From assembly GCA_004022145.1 (NCBI GenBank), contig RCNU01000002.1: a DNA stretch of 64,000 bases; one strand, written 5' to 3'. A program made the translations under genes and the position numbers. A model generated the notes under the pieces. The model worked only from the letters and a program-made list of their open reading frames with translations. It searched no databases and had not been told where the DNA came from. Source of the DNA: Paecilomyces variotii (lineage: Eukaryota). Of the stretch, positions 61,551-64,000 are shown piece by piece; the first letter of the stretch is position 1; each line of letters opens with the position of its first letter.

Positions 61551-63326
61551 ATGGAGTCAGCTCCGCCCGTTCTCTCTGCTAGGACTGAAGCACGTTACTC
61601 TCCACCATGGGCGGATTTGACTATCATTGGTATTGCCGGCAGCTCTGGCTCCGGCAAGACGTCGGTTGCAATGGAGATAGTTAGGTCGTTGAATCTGCCG
61701 TGGGTAGCCATCCTCGTAATGGTATATCATCGGGATCGAAGGAAAGATAAGAAGAAAGCTTGACCCTAACTGTCGGCGGCGCAGGATTCCTTCTACAAAA
61801 CGTTAACTCCGGAGCAACATGCCAAAGCTCATGCAAACGACTATGATTTCGATAGTCCAGAGTCCATTGACTTTGACATCTTGGTCAATACTCTGCGTGA
61901 TTTGAAACAAGGGTAAAGTTCACGGAGAAGCCATCAACTGTCTCTCTTGGTCACTTACTGATGGCCATGCCGTCGAAAGGAAGAAGGCAGACATACCAGT
62001 GTATTCCTTCGCGGACCATCAACGACAGCCACACACTACTGCTCTCTACTCGCCACATGTGCTGATCTTAGAAGGCATTCTGGCACTCTATGACCCCAGA
62101 ATTCTCGAGATGCTTGATGTCAAAGTAAACCGCCCTCTCATGGGTCAATGTTCTATTATCCTGAAGCTAATGCATGCTAGATATTCGTTGAGGCGGATAT
62201 GGATGTCTGCCTTGGTCGAAGAAGTGAGGATCCTGCGTCCCTAACACCTCCAGGACGTCTCTAACCTGCGCTTAACAGTCATACGCGATGTCAAAGACAG
62301 GGGCAGAGAAGTTGAAGGTATCGTCAGGCAATGGTTCAAGTTCGTCAAGCCCTCGTACAAGACATACGTGGAGCCGCAACGAAGCATATCAGGTGGGTAA
62401 CCGTTCACACAGAAGTGGTATACGAGGGCCTGACAGATTTGAGACATCATTATTCCCCGTGGAATTGAGAACAAAACGGCAATCGGTATGTACGCTGCCT
62501 TCTGTTTCCATGTGCATGCGACTAAGGCTTTTCAGATATGGTCGTTAAGCATATCCAACGATGTCTTCAGGAGAAATCCGATAAGCATAATGCCGACTTG
62601 ATGAAGCTGAGCGTTCTCGCTTCAACCGAGAAATTCTCTTCTAATGTGAAGATTATGGCGCCGACTCCGCAGTCCGTCGGCATGAATACCATTCTACAAG
62701 ACCCGTCCACAGAGCAGGTCGATTTTGTCTTCTATTTTGACCGACTGGCCTCATTACTTATAGAAAAGTGCGTTTGCTTTACCTCCCGCTGACCACGGCT
62801 TACAATCTTCTGGCGAGACCAGAGTCGCTGATGAGGTTACAGGGCCCTCGACTATACCGATTATAAGCCAAAGACTGTTACGACACCTGAAAAGAACGAA
62901 TACAATGGTGTTTGCCAAGCAGGCATTGTGTCCGCTGTTGCCATCCTACGAGGCGGGTCGTGCTTGGAGACTGCGCTCAAGCGCACTATTCCCGATTGCA
63001 TTACGGGTCGTGTCTTGATCCAGACTAATGACCGCAGCGGGGAACCTGAATTACATTACCTGAAATTACCTCCTGGTATAGAGAAGCACTCGTCGGTCAT
63101 GTTGCTGGATGCGCAGATGTCTAGCGGAGGTGCCGCCTTGATGGCTGTCCGAGTGCTGATCGATCATGGCGTCGATGAGAACAATATTATTTTTGTGACG
63201 TGTGCTGCTGGTAAGCGTGGTCTGCAGAGACTGACAACCGTTTATCCTGGCGTTAAGGTCATCGTTGGGCGGATAGAGGAAGAAGGAGAACCAAGGTGGC
63301 TCGAGAAGAGATATTTTGGTTGTTGA
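61551..63326 (+). CDS. URK1: Uridine kinase with C-terminal UPRTase-like domain, multi-exon
   Basis: IIGIAGSSGSGKTS, DSFYK, YDFDSPESID, VLILEGIL, FVFYFDRL and VAILRGGSCLE. Confidence 0.95.
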
Positions 63327-63902
63327 TCTATCTGGAATACATATACAATCTACGTATATACTTTTTTGATTCGAAATAATGACTCATGTCAAGGCATATA
63401 CTCCGATTGAATAGATTAATCAAATGCACACTCAGTGTACGCTCTCATTGACGTAGTGCTATGAACTGACCTAAACCCGGAGCTACATGAAAATATAGAA
63501 TCACAATAGCCATCTTTCGAGCGTCATAGGACATCGCTCGCGATATCTAGCGTGGAAATTGCTGAATGCTCAGGGATGACTGAATACTAAAGTACTATGA
63601 TATCAACCTCACAAACCCGACAAGAGCATTGCATTCGATCTACTGTCAGTTCATTGAATTGGGACTTGGATAATCGCGGTCGCCGCTCGGAGATAACGCA
63701 CGGACCATGTCAAAAATTCCCAAGTCCTCGCCCGCGATTTCATCGCGGAAATATCAGAATTCAACAGGCACAAACTGACAAACGCAATTTTTTCCCCAGA
63801 GGAAAGCCTCTTTCATAGGCGGCGCGCTTTTTTCGAGGCCTATCCAATCTTCCCATTCTTCCATTTGCTGTTCTTTGCCTACAATTTCTTTTGCCCGCCA
63901 CA

Positions 63903-63978
63903 ATGCCTGATCCCGGAAAGAAGAAATCCAAAGGCAGCGGCGGGAGCAAAGCTGGAAAAGCTAGCGGTCCTATTATCA
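63903..63978 (+). CDS. Probable first exon of a gene running off the window
   Basis: CACAATG context and MPDPGKKKSKGSGGSKAGKASGPII, followed by a GTATGT donor. Confidence 0.55.
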
Positions 63979-64000
63979 GTATGTTTCTTGTCCCCCTCTC

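Noticed and set aside
1-64000. CRISPR arrays, rRNA or tRNA genes, intact transposons, secondary-metabolite backbone genes
   Set aside because: None was seen. The DNA is eukaryotic, with no spaced repeats and no transposase, RT, PKS or NRPS motifs.

Overview
Gene-dense, intron-containing genomic DNA from a filamentous ascomycete, most likely Eurotiales (inferred from protein sequences, short GT..CTRAC..YAG introns and compact gene spacing). I can support about 26 protein-coding genes plus one partial first exon. Most are housekeeping: RLP24, PAM18, DMA1, a bestrophin/UPF0187 channel, VPS16, ALB1, a membrane-anchored USP, a Sec14/PDR16-like protein, POL12, APC13, GCD2, a kinesin-3, a PPPDE-thioredoxin-PUL fusion, a DUSP, a centrin-like EF-hand protein, LIA1, RPA12, SCC2/NIPBL, an EF-hand type-II NADH dehydrogenase, GID8 and URK1. 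Four things stand out. (1) An accessory island at about 2-10 kb holds a stand-alone HeLo-like protein with a C-terminal two-repeat motif in register with the HET-s amyloid repeats, a convergent F-box gene, and a decayed duplicate of the F-box 5' end. (2) Both long introns of GID8 contain box C/D snoRNA candidates, one U79-like and one snR40/U32-like. (3) An otherwise intact GMC oxidoreductase is split by one frameshift. (4) There is a spliced orphan gene at about 17 kb. All calls come from reading the sequence and recalling protein and RNA families. No searches were run, and exon boundaries are manual predictions.
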